The notes under the pieces were generated by a model. The model saw nothing but the letters and a program-made list of their open reading frames with translations. It searched no databases and was not told the origin of the DNA. From Paraspadella gotoi (Eukaryota > Animalia > Chaetognatha): a DNA stretch of 64,000 nt. Every line of letters starts with the position of its first letter. Within the stretch, counting starts at the first letter, position 1. Of the stretch, positions 48,872 to 64,000 are shown piece after piece. The DNA lies in contig JBJCIZ010000744.1 of NCBI GenBank assembly GCA_051294375.1, positions 624,264 to 688,263 on the forward strand. The letters run 5' to 3'. The position numbers were made by a program, and so were the translations under genes.

Positions 48872-51110
48872 TCATTTCTCGATCCTGACGATGTTTTTCT
48901 TAGTCTCGGCGACGATGGGGACGGCGCCGGGTTTAGAGTGGGCGCGTCGGTTAGCCTCCTTTCTCTTCCGCGAATGCAGCATTTCCTTCTTTTCTTCTTC
49001 GAGATGCTTTAATCGACCCGGGACGTGTCGGTGCTTGGAGATCTTCCGAATCTGGAGAAAAAGTTTTCAAATAAAGTTATACTGTTGAAACTGTTGAATT
49101 ATTACTATTATTAAACCCACTAAACCCGCGCCAAGTGCTTACCTCCGGGTGATGTTTGAACTTTTCTTTGAGCTTTTCCGTATACTTGAAGGCGTCTTTT
49201 TGCCTAGAAGACATGGCGCCCAGCTTTTCCGATGCGTTTGCCTTCCAGAGTCGAACGATCGTTTCATCGGAGCCTGCCGAGATATATTTAAGATTATTAT
49301 AAAATGTTTAATGTTTATTAAACTTGAGTCAAGACAACTGGGACGTAGAAAATGAGAAAACGAACCCGAGGCGAGATACTTGTTGTCCAACGACCACCGC
49401 ACGGCGAAAACTTTCTGCATTCGTTTCGTGTGGTAAATCTCTCTGCTCCGAGTTCTATCGACGTCGAAGATGCGGACCGTTCGATCGTACGATCCCGTCA
49501 CGAAAGATTTTCCTGACGAGGGGAAAAAGGAGAGAGAGGAGGCGGATTTAGGGGAAATCGAAAAACAGGAAAATGTCACGCGAATACAATTAATTCAAGA
49601 AGCCAAAATTCACCCGTGGGCGCGTAATCGATGTCCATCACGGCTCCGACGTGATCCATGTGAACGCATTTCGCCTCTTTTAGGCGTCGCATGTCGAAAG
49701 AGTGACTGGATAGAGAAAGAGCGATTTTAAATCAACAGTAAATATTAATATTAAATAGTAACTTTTGAAATGGAAAACATACGGAAAGTAAAAGTTTTTA
49801 AATAGAAAAATTAAGAACTTCCTATTTTCTTATTTTGCAATATTTATAGTTAATTCTGAGGCCGTGAGAACTAATGAGATGCCCACTCACGCGTTGTAAT
49901 CCTCGTTGGCGACGGTAAAGTGAAAGGCCTCCATGGGATTCCAAGCGATGGCGTTGGACGAGAGTTTGAGGACGACTCTTTGAAGGGGTTCGGGCGAACG
50001 AACGTCGTAGAGCGTCACACCGCGGTCCAAAGATGATCCTTGAGTAGGAAAAATGTTTGAAATAATTTACATATTCAAAACTAGAATTATAATACATTTT
50101 TCACATATCAAATTGAAACTTCATTCTGACCAGCGACGATGTTGGTTTCCACAGGATTAAATCTCACGCAGTTGTGCGTGGCCGTCCCCCAACTGAGCGT
50201 CCGCAGGGGTTCGGATCGGCCCACCTCCCAAACGTCCAATCGCTCGCCACAAGTCACGAAAGAATCTTGAGACCAACTGTGATCGATTCCAGTGAAAACG
50301 GCATCTCCGAGGATCGTGTGAATCGGTTCCGCGGATCGCTCTTTCGTTTCTTCACCAAAACCTAACTTTTAAATAGTTCGTTCTGTGTGATTGTGAAACA
50401 TTAAAAATTACTATTACTTGTCGTTGATATCAAACTCACCAAAACCTCGTTGTCGACCTTCCACTGTTTGACGGTCTTGTCGTTCCCGACGGAGAAGACG
50501 AAGTCTCCGTTGGCGGAGAAGGCGAGTCCCCGGACGAATCCCGAGTGCGCCGTCATCGACCGAACGCACTTCTGCGTCGGCAAATTCCAGAGGCGGATCT
50601 CGCCGTCGCAGGAGCCCGAGGCGAGGGTGGAGAGGTTCTTGGGATGTTTTGTCATGCACTGAAGGAATTATTATTACTAAATTAACATAAAAGAAGGCCA
50701 TCATTAAAACGGTACAGGACAACAGAGAGGCTTAAAACTCAAACTTTTCAATAATTGTAAATCTTTACTTATATTTTTCTATAAAGTTGAACACCAATTT
50801 TTATCCTAACTTACTTGAACGCTGTCTCTATGTCCCGCCAGGCCGCAAATAAAAGGTTTTGCAAACATACGGTCCATTTTTGTCACGTTAAGGGCCCGTT
50901 TATATTCTCTGAGAAGTAAATTTTGAATTTAATTTCAAAAGTAAAAGGTTACCATTGTCTCGAAATTATTTAACGATACCTGACACCCTCAAAAGGGTGA
51001 AGTTTGGGATCATGGTTTCTTGGAACTTTATGAATGTCTTTTTTGGTTTCCCTTCGATACTCGTCGGGATTTCGGCACAGCACTTTAACTTTATATTTCG
51101 ATGACGCCAT
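48872..51110 (-). CDS. DCAF13: DCAF13/Sof1 WD40 SSU processome factor, multi-exon
   Basis: Motifs KVKVLCRNPDEY.RET, HPFE, ALNVTKMDRMFAKPF, SGSCDGEIRLWNL, SNAIAWNPMEAF, GSYDRTVRIF, SREIYHTKRMQ and SKHRHVP. Confidence 0.95.
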
Positions 51111-51302
51111 TTTTTTTAAAAATTAGTGTTCAGTTAGTATAATCTATTTCACATCACTAAAAACAAAAAAATTGTGACGAAACTATTTTTTTTCTTAAAA
51201 CAAATACTACTAAATTTATAATTCTTAATACCACCAAATATCCCGGCATATCACAAACGGTATATCACAGAAGAAATGATTTGAATTAAACCATTATTAT
51301 GA

Positions 51303-54281
51303 CTAGCTACCCATGACGCCGGCAAAATCCTTGTTCGTATAAAAAAGTATGTAAGCTGCGGAGGTTCTCACGTCGTTGCTCGAGATCGACGAAACTTCGT
51401 GATCGTCGAACTTGAACCATGAGCGATAGATTGGGTTCTTGGAGTAGGCGGTGTAATGGCCGCCCTCCATAGTGCCGTAGTGATTCGAGACGGCGAAAAG
51501 GTCGTAGGCGCCGTGGTAGACTGGACCCTCGACGTGCTCATTGAGCGCCAAGCGGGAGACGGGAAAGTCGACACCGGATCCGATCTTCCGATGATTGTAA
51601 CCGTCGAAAGAGAAGCGTTTGAGATGAATCACTAACACCATCGGCAACTTCCAAACGTCAATCTTCTTGACGGCGTCGCGGGGCCGCTTGCAGCGCGGGC
51701 AATTCCACTGGCTCGATCCGCTCATCTTCTCTTCCTTCAGGAAAAGGCGGAGGCAGTCGTCGAGGGTGCAGGATCGCCCAGACGGGATGGGGAGGGAGAG
51801 GCAGATAAAGGGGTCGAAGGTCACGGATTTTTTATAGCAGGTGAGGCAGGTGACGGAGGACCGGAGTTGTCCCTGAAAGAGGTGAACGATGATAGAATCG
51901 TTGAGGCTCTTGTGATTCTGCCAAGCCATCGCCGCCGCCTGTTCGTCGCTCAAATCGTCGTTGTTCTGCTCCGGCAGCGTCGGCCGCTTCTTCCACTCGA
52001 CCCGATTGAGGTCTTCGTGGAGTCCGTCGAGGAGGAAGAGAAGCAGCTCCGAAGAGTCTTGCTGATCGTTGCCTACGAAGAGGGAGTTGATTCGCCCGAC
52101 CGTCTGCTTGAAAGTCCGCGGAGAAATGTGCTTGAACTCGCTGCACCAGAGTGCGCGGATGATGAGAGCGAACTCGACGGCCAATTCCCCACGGTTGCCC
52201 AGTTCCGAGGTGAGGTTGATGTCGTGGCAAAAGTTGTCGTTTCGGAAATAGTAGGTGAGAAAGCCGGTGTTTGACAAGCACTGGATAATGCTGTTCATGT
52301 AGCAAGTGTTGCCCAAATTACGAAGACCCGTCAGCCCGGAGCCAGTTCCCCCGCCTACCGGACGCAAGGATTCCAACCGCGAGTCCCAATCGACCACAAT
52401 GCGGGCGTTGTTGTTGGCGTTGGGTTTGGCCTTCCGGTCGACGAGGGGTTTGGGCTTGGGCGCTGGGGGCACTTTGGCCGAGGCCCTGGGCGCTTGCAAA
52501 CTCGGGTCGTCTTTGGGCACGACGGCGGGAGACGATGACCTAGACCGCGACCTTTGGTCAACGGGTTTAGGTTTGGGTCGCTTTCTCGCCTCCTCCTCCA
52601 GCCGACGTTTGGCGGCTTCGACGGCCGACTTTTCCGCGTCGACGCGTCGCTTCTCCGCCTCCGTCGTCGATCGAATTCGCTCCAACTCTAGGCGCTCCTT
52701 TTCCAACTTGGCGCGCGCCGCCTCCTCCCTCGCTCGAATCTCCGCCTCCTTCTCCGCCTCCAGCCGCTTCGCCTCCGCCTCCTTCCTCTTCCTCTCCTGA
52801 CGAAGATTCTCTGTTTCCACCTTCCGCTCTTCCTCCTCTTTCCTCTTCTTCTCTCGTTCCGCCTCCTCGGCTTCTCGAGCGAGACGGCCCGCCTCGATGT
52901 TCTTATCCAACTCTTCCTTCTCGCGTTTCTTGGCGGCGATGGTGTCGTTGAGCTTTTGCAATTCCTCCTGCTTCTCCGCCATCTCGCGCTCCTTGATCAA
53001 CAGTTCCCGCTCCCGCTCCGCCGCCTCCTCGGCGCTCCCGCTGCTCTGGAGGCTGCTCAAGGAATCTTGGCTGCCCGACGAGGCCAGGGGCGAGGGTTTA
53101 GTGGGCGGTTTAATCTCGAGCTCCCCGGTTGTAGCGCCCGCCTTTGGTTTTAAAGTTCGATCAAAAGTGGGCGCGCCGCGAGGAGAGTCGGCGGGACGAG
53201 GCTCTCGACCGGTCAATCCTGGAATGGCGTTGAAGTCGATTTGTTGCAGAGGCTGCGTTAAAGGTTTAGGAAGAGGAGTTTTGGCGGAGACGGGGCTGAA
53301 CTCTTCAAAGTCATAATCAAAGTCGAGGTGAAGACCGACATCGGGAACGGAGAAGGCAGGAGCGGCGGATTTTCGTGAAGGCTTTCCCGAGACGTAAGTC
53401 GGGTAATAATCGAACCAATCTTCGAAACCTCCCTCTAGCACGACGGGCTCGGCTTTTAAGGATCCACTTGCGTCGTATTTGTAAAGGGCGTCCTTTATAG
53501 TCTTCAATGGATTCGTCTGTTCCTCTAGACCAGCAACGGAGCCGTCCCAGTCCATGATGACGACCAAGTCGGCCTCTCTACGACGACCAAGCTTGGCCCT
53601 AGTCTCTTCCGGTAGTTTGGACTCGATTTTATAGATGGTATCGCCAGGGGCGATTAACTCCGAGGGAACGTAGATCATAGAATTGGGAAATTTCACCCGC
53701 GATTCTTGTGCTTCTTTTTCAGAGCGAATGTCGATGACAAAGACATTTTCCTTTCCTTCCTTCAGCCGCTTGTACAAGTTAATGGCGACGATTCCGCCGG
53801 GCAATTGCGGCGCTACATTTGCGCCGTCGCCTCCGCCGTCGACCACAGCGTCGTCGTCGCCCTCGGGATCCTTGTTCTCCTTAGGGACGGAAGCGTTGGA
53901 CATTCGATCGGCCAACTCCTCCGCCTGCTTTAGGTCGTATCGGTCGACGAGGCTCTTTTGCAAAGACTCGGCCCGCTGCAGTGCCGTCGCCAGATTCTTA
54001 GATCCCAAAAAATCTGTGTAATACTTGGGATTCGCTTTGAAATCCGTAGTTTTTTTGATGGTCGTGACGAGCTGCAAGTAGCGCATGTAAAAAACGTAAG
54101 AGCGTTCTTGATCTCCGTCGTCGTAGCTGTCGTTGGCGCATTTAAACATCTTGGCGGCGGACAGTGACAAAGTCCGGGCGTTGACGACGTTAGTCGGGAC
54201 GTCGACGAAGGCGTTTAACGCCTTCATGTCTGTCGCCATGTAAAGTTTGCGCGTCATCGTGACGCCTGGCCGGTCTGCCAT
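51303..54281 (-). CDS. USP8: Ubiquitin-specific protease 8, single coding exon, 992 aa
   Basis: MIT-like N-domain (GDQERSYVFYMRY), rhodanese domain (VLEGGFEDW..YP), two SH3-binding motifs (PTFDRTLKP, PLVDRKAKP), coiled coil, Cys box GLRNLGNTCYMN and His box HYGTMEGGHY. Confidence 0.95.
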   Translation of the reverse strand: MADRPGVTMTRKLYMATDMKALNAFVDVPTNVVNARTLSLSAAKMFKCANDSYDDGDQERSYVFYMRYLQLVTTIKKTTDFKANPKYYTDFLGSKNLATALQRAESLQKSLVDRYDLKQAEELADRMSNASVPKENKDPEGDDDAVVDGGGDGANVAPQLPGGIVAINLYKRLKEGKENVFVIDIRSEKEAQESRVKFPNSMIYVPSELIAPGDTIYKIESKLPEETRAKLGRRREADLVVIMDWDGSVAGLEEQTNPLKTIKDALYKYDASGSLKAEPVVLEGGFEDWFDYYPTYVSGKPSRKSAAPAFSVPDVGLHLDFDYDFEEFSPVSAKTPLPKPLTQPLQQIDFNAIPGLTGREPRPADSPRGAPTFDRTLKPKAGATTGELEIKPPTKPSPLASSGSQDSLSSLQSSGSAEEAAERERELLIKEREMAEKQEELQKLNDTIAAKKREKEELDKNIEAGRLAREAEEAEREKKRKEEEERKVETENLRQERKRKEAEAKRLEAEKEAEIRAREEAARAKLEKERLELERIRSTTEAEKRRVDAEKSAVEAAKRRLEEEARKRPKPKPVDQRSRSRSSSPAVVPKDDPSLQAPRASAKVPPAPKPKPLVDRKAKPNANNNARIVVDWDSRLESLRPVGGGTGSGLTGLRNLGNTCYMNSIIQCLSNTGFLTYYFRNDNFCHDINLTSELGNRGELAVEFALIIRALWCSEFKHISPRTFKQTVGRINSLFVGNDQQDSSELLLFLLDGLHEDLNRVEWKKRPTLPEQNNDDLSDEQAAAMAWQNHKSLNDSIIVHLFQGQLRSSVTCLTCYKKSVTFDPFICLSLPIPSGRSCTLDDCLRLFLKEEKMSGSSQWNCPRCKRPRDAVKKIDVWKLPMVLVIHLKRFSFDGYNHRKIGSGVDFPVSRLALNEHVEGPVYHGAYDLFAVSNHYGTMEGGHYTAYSKNPIYRSWFKFDDHEVSSISSNDVRTSAAYILFYTNKDFAGVMGS

Positions 54282-54379
54282 GGATCAATTCGCGAGCGTC
54301 GCACGAGCGTTCACATGCCGTCACAAGATCTCCGTCCCTTTTTAATGGCCGACAATTTGAAGTTTTTAGTTTTCGACTA

Positions 54380-55039
54380 NNNNNNNNNNNNNNNNNNNNN
54401 NNNNNNNNNNNNNNNNNNNNNNNNNNNNNNNNNNNNNNNNNNNNNNNNNNNNNNNNNNNNNNNNNNNNNNNNNNNNNNNNNNNNNNNNNNNNNNNNNNNN
54501 NNNNNNNNNNNNNNNNNNNNNNNNNNNNNNNNNNNNNNNNNNNNNNNNNNNNNNNNNNNNNNNNNNNNNNNNNNNNNNNNNNNNNNNNNNNNNNNNNNNN
54601 NNNNNNNNNNNNNNNNNNNNNNNNNNNNNNNNNNNNNNNNNNNNNNNNNNNNNNNNNNNNNNNNNNNNNNNNNNNNNNNNNNNNNNNNNNNNNNNNNNNN
54701 NNNNNNNNNNNNNNNNNNNNNNNNNNNNNNNNNNNNNNNNNNNNNNNNNNNNNNNNNNNNNNNNNNNNNNNNNNNNNNNNNNNNNNNNNNNNNNNNNNNN
54801 NNNNNNNNNNNNNNNNNNNNNNNNNNNNNNNNNNNNNNNNNNNNNNNNNNNNNNNNNNNNNNNNNNNNNNNNNNNNNNNNNNNNNNNNNNNNNNNNNNNN
54901 NNNNNNNNNNNNNNNNNNNNNNNNNNNNNNNNNNNNNNNNNNNNNNNNNNNNNNNNNNNNNNNNNNNNNNNNNNNNNNNNNNNNNNNNNNNNNNNNNNNN
55001 NNNNNNNNNNNNNNNNNNNNNNNNNNNNNNNNNNNNNNN
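54380..55039. other. Assembly gap (N run)
   Basis: Other gaps at 4951-4975, 7391-7400, 45444-45453 and 63495-63504. Confidence 1.
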
Positions 55040-56184
55040 ATAACTGACTTCTTCGCTTGTTAAAAAATATATTCCTATGTTTATCTGTTAAAAGAGAAAA
55101 CCTAAATGTTCTTGATCGCTTTCTTCTCCAAAAATAAATGGCCGTACACATTTTCGCTTGAATTCAGACATCTACCCAAAATCTTCGTGGATCTCACCAT
55201 GTTTTATGTTCGATTCCTTGACGATGAAACCACCGAGGACTAATTACTACAGTCATAAATCAAAGCGTCGCCGATGAATAACATCCACGTACTCAGATCT
55301 GTCACTTTCGCCTTACTCTTGACAAGTTCCTGACTCGATAGTTTTAACTGGGAAAAAATATATAGATATGTAATTATATGAATAACTTCATAAAACCACG
55401 AAATAAGTGCATATTTTTTGAGTGGGTAATATTTGAAAGGAATGAAGAACACATTCTTATTCAATATTGCCATAAAAATGAAATTTGTTACAGCGAAAAT
55501 TGATTAAAAGAAAAACAAAACATTCGTCATCAAAACATTTAAACGCGATGTCGACTCGCATAAGTTAAAATCTGAAATCATTTCGTAAAATGTATACGTT
55601 CGTCAACGGCCGATGGCACAAAGTAAAATAATTTAATGCATAGAACAACTATCAACGTAAGGTAAATTAAAGAAAACAAATCTGAAAATGACAAAAAAAA
55701 AATGTTGGAAATTAAATCTGGAAATGGTATTTTATAGTTTATTGAAGGAGCAAAAAAACCGAGAAGTCGCTTGTAGACTACAACGACCGAAACATGACGT
55801 CGCAATGAAAGATTAAAACTATAAATAGTTTATAGCTCCTTCTCTCTCGCTTTGGCGCTTTCGGTGAGGCTGTTCTCGCTCAGGTCCGATTTACTCGGCG
55901 CCTCCACTTTGCGTCGGTTCGTCATCATCGTCCTCTGAAGAGTAAGACGCAAGAGGAGAGCGGGGGAGATCGGTGGCGGCGGTAGGACCTTAAACAAATT
56001 ATATGGGTAACTTACTATTCGACGTCCGCAACCAACTTTAGGTACCACCGGTCGGTGCTTTGTTAATCCATTTAATTTTGTTTTCCCTCTTGCGTCGAGT
56101 CTTAGTTTGCAAAGTAATATACAAATTTCTTAATTTTATAATAAATAATAATTGTTTTAAATTTATTTTAATTGATATTTTTAT

Positions 56185-56421
56185 GTTTGAGGTAAAAAAT
56201 GAATTGTTTGATGAACGAGTTTTATTAAGAACCATAAATTTCGGACTTTATTGTAAGCCTTCATCAGCGCAAAAACGAATTGACTTATGAAACAATTTTT
56301 TTCATAAAGTTTGAAGAGAGAGTCTGTAAAAATATTTGTTTCACAAGTCAATTCGTTTTTGCGAAAATTATATTTAGTTTTTGCGAAATTTATATTTCTA
56401 AATAAAACTCGTACATAAACA
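56185..56421. mobile_element. Foldback element; the left arm carries a hammerhead-core-like insert on the minus strand
   Basis: gtttgaggtaaaaaatgaattgttt... pairs with ...aaacaattcattttttaccttaaac. Inner arms cgcaaaaacgaattgactt and aagtcaattcgtttttgcg. Confidence 0.6.
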
Positions 56422-56507
56422 ATTCATTTTTTACCTTAAACAAATAACCAAAATGAAAGGAAAATAAATAATATTTTTATGTTATATTTTTTTAATTGGT
56501 AAGCACT

Positions 56508-56563
56508 TGGGTTAGGGGTGGTTAGGGTTAGGGATTAGGGGTAGTTAGGGTTAGGGTGTTAGG
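56508..56563 (+). repeat. Interstitial telomere-like (TTAGGG)n degenerate tract
   Basis: gggttaggggtggttagggttagggattaggggtagttagggttagggtgttagg. Confidence 0.85.
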
Positions 56564-56899
56564 ACCCGCCGGTCCGTCCCTCCAGAAAAACGCCCCCGAG
56601 AATCTTTGATTCGAGGAACTTCTATTGGCGAGCCGCTTCGGTCGTTCGGGGAGAAATGTAGAGAATGTAGAGAAAAAGATCATAAATAAACGGTAAATCC
56701 TTGTGACGACGTAATAAAGTTTAAACACAGATATCACGATTTGTGAGTCTTTGGATCTAACAAGGGGAGGTTTCGAAATGTAATTTGTGATATAAGAAGC
56801 GAAAAACAAATAACCGACCGCAAAATCTTGGTCGGCAAATGTAAAAATAAGCCTAATTATATTACAAATTGGTAATTCTCCAAAGTTGTCGAATTAGTA

Positions 56900-57475
56900 C
56901 TACCTGTATCTTTTTTCTTTCCCGCTTCTTCGTCTCGACGGGACGCCCCGTCTTTTCTCGTTCTTTGACCGATAACGCCGCCGACCCGACGCCGACTTGC
57001 CGGAGCGCGTCCTTCGGCGCCTCGACGATCGGATGGGCGACGGGCTGCGACTGCTGCTGCAGCTACGGGAAAGGCAGCAGCAAGAAGGAACGACACTGCG
57101 ACATCCAGGGACGGAGCAGGAGCGTGAGCGAGACCTGGAGGAGCAGCCACGTCGGGCGGCGGGGCTTCCTGGCCGGCCGTAACGGGCGAACTGAATCCTC
57201 AGAGGGCGCCCATCAAAGACACGCCCATTGAGCGCGCCCATGGCGTCTTCAGCGTCGCGAATGTCGAAGAAGCGGACGAAAGCGAACCCGCGCGACTCGG
57301 CCGTCTCGTAGTCTCGGGGGATGTAAACGTCGCCGATCTCGCCGTACTTGGAAAAGACCTCGTTTAGAGAGTCGGTCGTAGTTCGGTAGGGGAGATTGTC
57401 CACTTTAAGGGAGATCATTCTCTTGATTGATTTCTTCACCGAGGTCGAGACGCGGAAAGCCTCGCCTATGGCCAT
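56900..57475 (-). CDS. SRSF2: SRSF2/SC35-like SR splicing factor (RRM plus degenerate RS domain)
   Basis: [35 protein letters not shown]...RDAEDAM and [14 protein letters not shown], followed by an RS-rich tail. Confidence 0.88.
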   Translation of the reverse strand: MAIGEAFRVSTSVKKSIKRMISLKVDNLPYRTTTDSLNEVFSKYGEIGDVYIPRDYETAESRGFAFVRFFDIRDAEDAMGALNGRVFDGRPLRIQFARYGRPGSPAARRGCSSRSRSRSCSVPGCRSVVPSCCCLSRSCSSSRSPSPIRSSRRRRTRSGKSASGRRRYRSKNEKRRGVPSRRRSGKEKRYR

Positions 57476-58311
57476 GGCCGATCCAAAGGACGGGAAGTGC
57501 GATCAGAGCGGAGAATAGGGGTCAAAATTGATTCGAGGGCTGAAGCTCTTTTCTTATCTTTTTCTCTGAAATAAAAATCGAAAAACTGGGCTATTTTTTT
57601 CACTAAGAACATTTGGTCAATTTGTTTTTCGACGTTAAAAAAAAGATATAATTAAGATTTTAAAAAATACAAGCGCTTTTCATAGCCAAACTTAACGAAA
57701 ATAAGTAAGAAATTGACATTCAACTCGAAAGGGCGGGAAAAGTTAATGGCGTCGGTCGTCGAAGTTTCTATGGCGAAGAAATAAACAAAAGGGAAAGGAG
57801 AGGAAAAAATAATTATTAAAATTTTGATTAGAAATAGTATTTTATGTTCATTACTCTGAGTTTTAAATGTTTTTTCTTTAAAGTTTTTGCTTTAATAAAA
57901 TTATATATTATATGTTCCGAATATTAATATTAATTTTATGAATTCTTAAGACTCCTTTTAACAATTGTACTTTTCAATCACGCGAACAAATAACATTGTT
58001 CTGTTCTTTCTTTATTTCTTACAGAAAAAAAATACTTATAACACTTGTTCTAATCCTCAACGGGAGGGTGCGTAAATATGTCGCTCAAGTGACTTACTTC
58101 CATAGTATGGACCATACCAGTCCTTTTTCTATTAATTCGAATTTCGTTGTATCAGTTTTTCACTTTTTCCCCTGCAGGTTACCTGAAGTTTTATGAAGTT
58201 ATGAAGTAGTACTTAGTGCAAATAAAAAACCGTAGTGACAATGACAATAAAAACTAACGGGGATCTGCTCCAGATCCTATTGCCATGAAAACCTTATATT
58301 TGAAAGTATGA

Positions 58312-64000
<5,689 letters not shown>

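Noticed and set aside
54315-55151. Long ORFs in the track
   Set aside because: These are translations through the N gap.
55150-56048. Small exon-like segments between SRSF2-like and USP8 as a separate gene
   Set aside because: No recognisable protein; they could be UTR exons, and the adjacent gap prevents assessment.

Overview
Eukaryotic (invertebrate metazoan) genomic scaffold, compact and intron-rich, with GC-rich exons, AT-rich introns and five N-gaps. I assembled exons by hand from GT..AG sites and found about 14 protein-coding genes. Twelve consecutive genes lie on the minus strand: SIRT2-like (partial), GTSF1/Asterix, alpha-SNAP-like, MPPE1, SPRTN, a PDZ-fused MTHFSD, a divergent PBX/extradenticle, Dachsous, NFU1, DCAF13, an intronless USP8 and an SRSF2-like gene. 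A PKA catalytic-subunit gene is nested antisense in a PBX intron, and FAM135 (partial) runs divergently on the plus strand. MPPE1 appears as an inverted, indel-rich duplicate between gaps, probably an assembly artefact. Non-coding features include a minimal Penelope-type hammerhead ribozyme, a tRNA-like solo-LTR-like insert, TTAGGG-bearing and Mutator-like MITEs, and mini- and microsatellites. The most notable candidates are the in-frame MAGI-type PDZ::MTHFSD fusion, the PKA-in-PBX nesting, operon-like co-orientation with intergenic gaps of 150-400 bp, and hidden in-frame alternative terminal exons in FAM135. Gene identities come from motif recognition from memory, not database searches.
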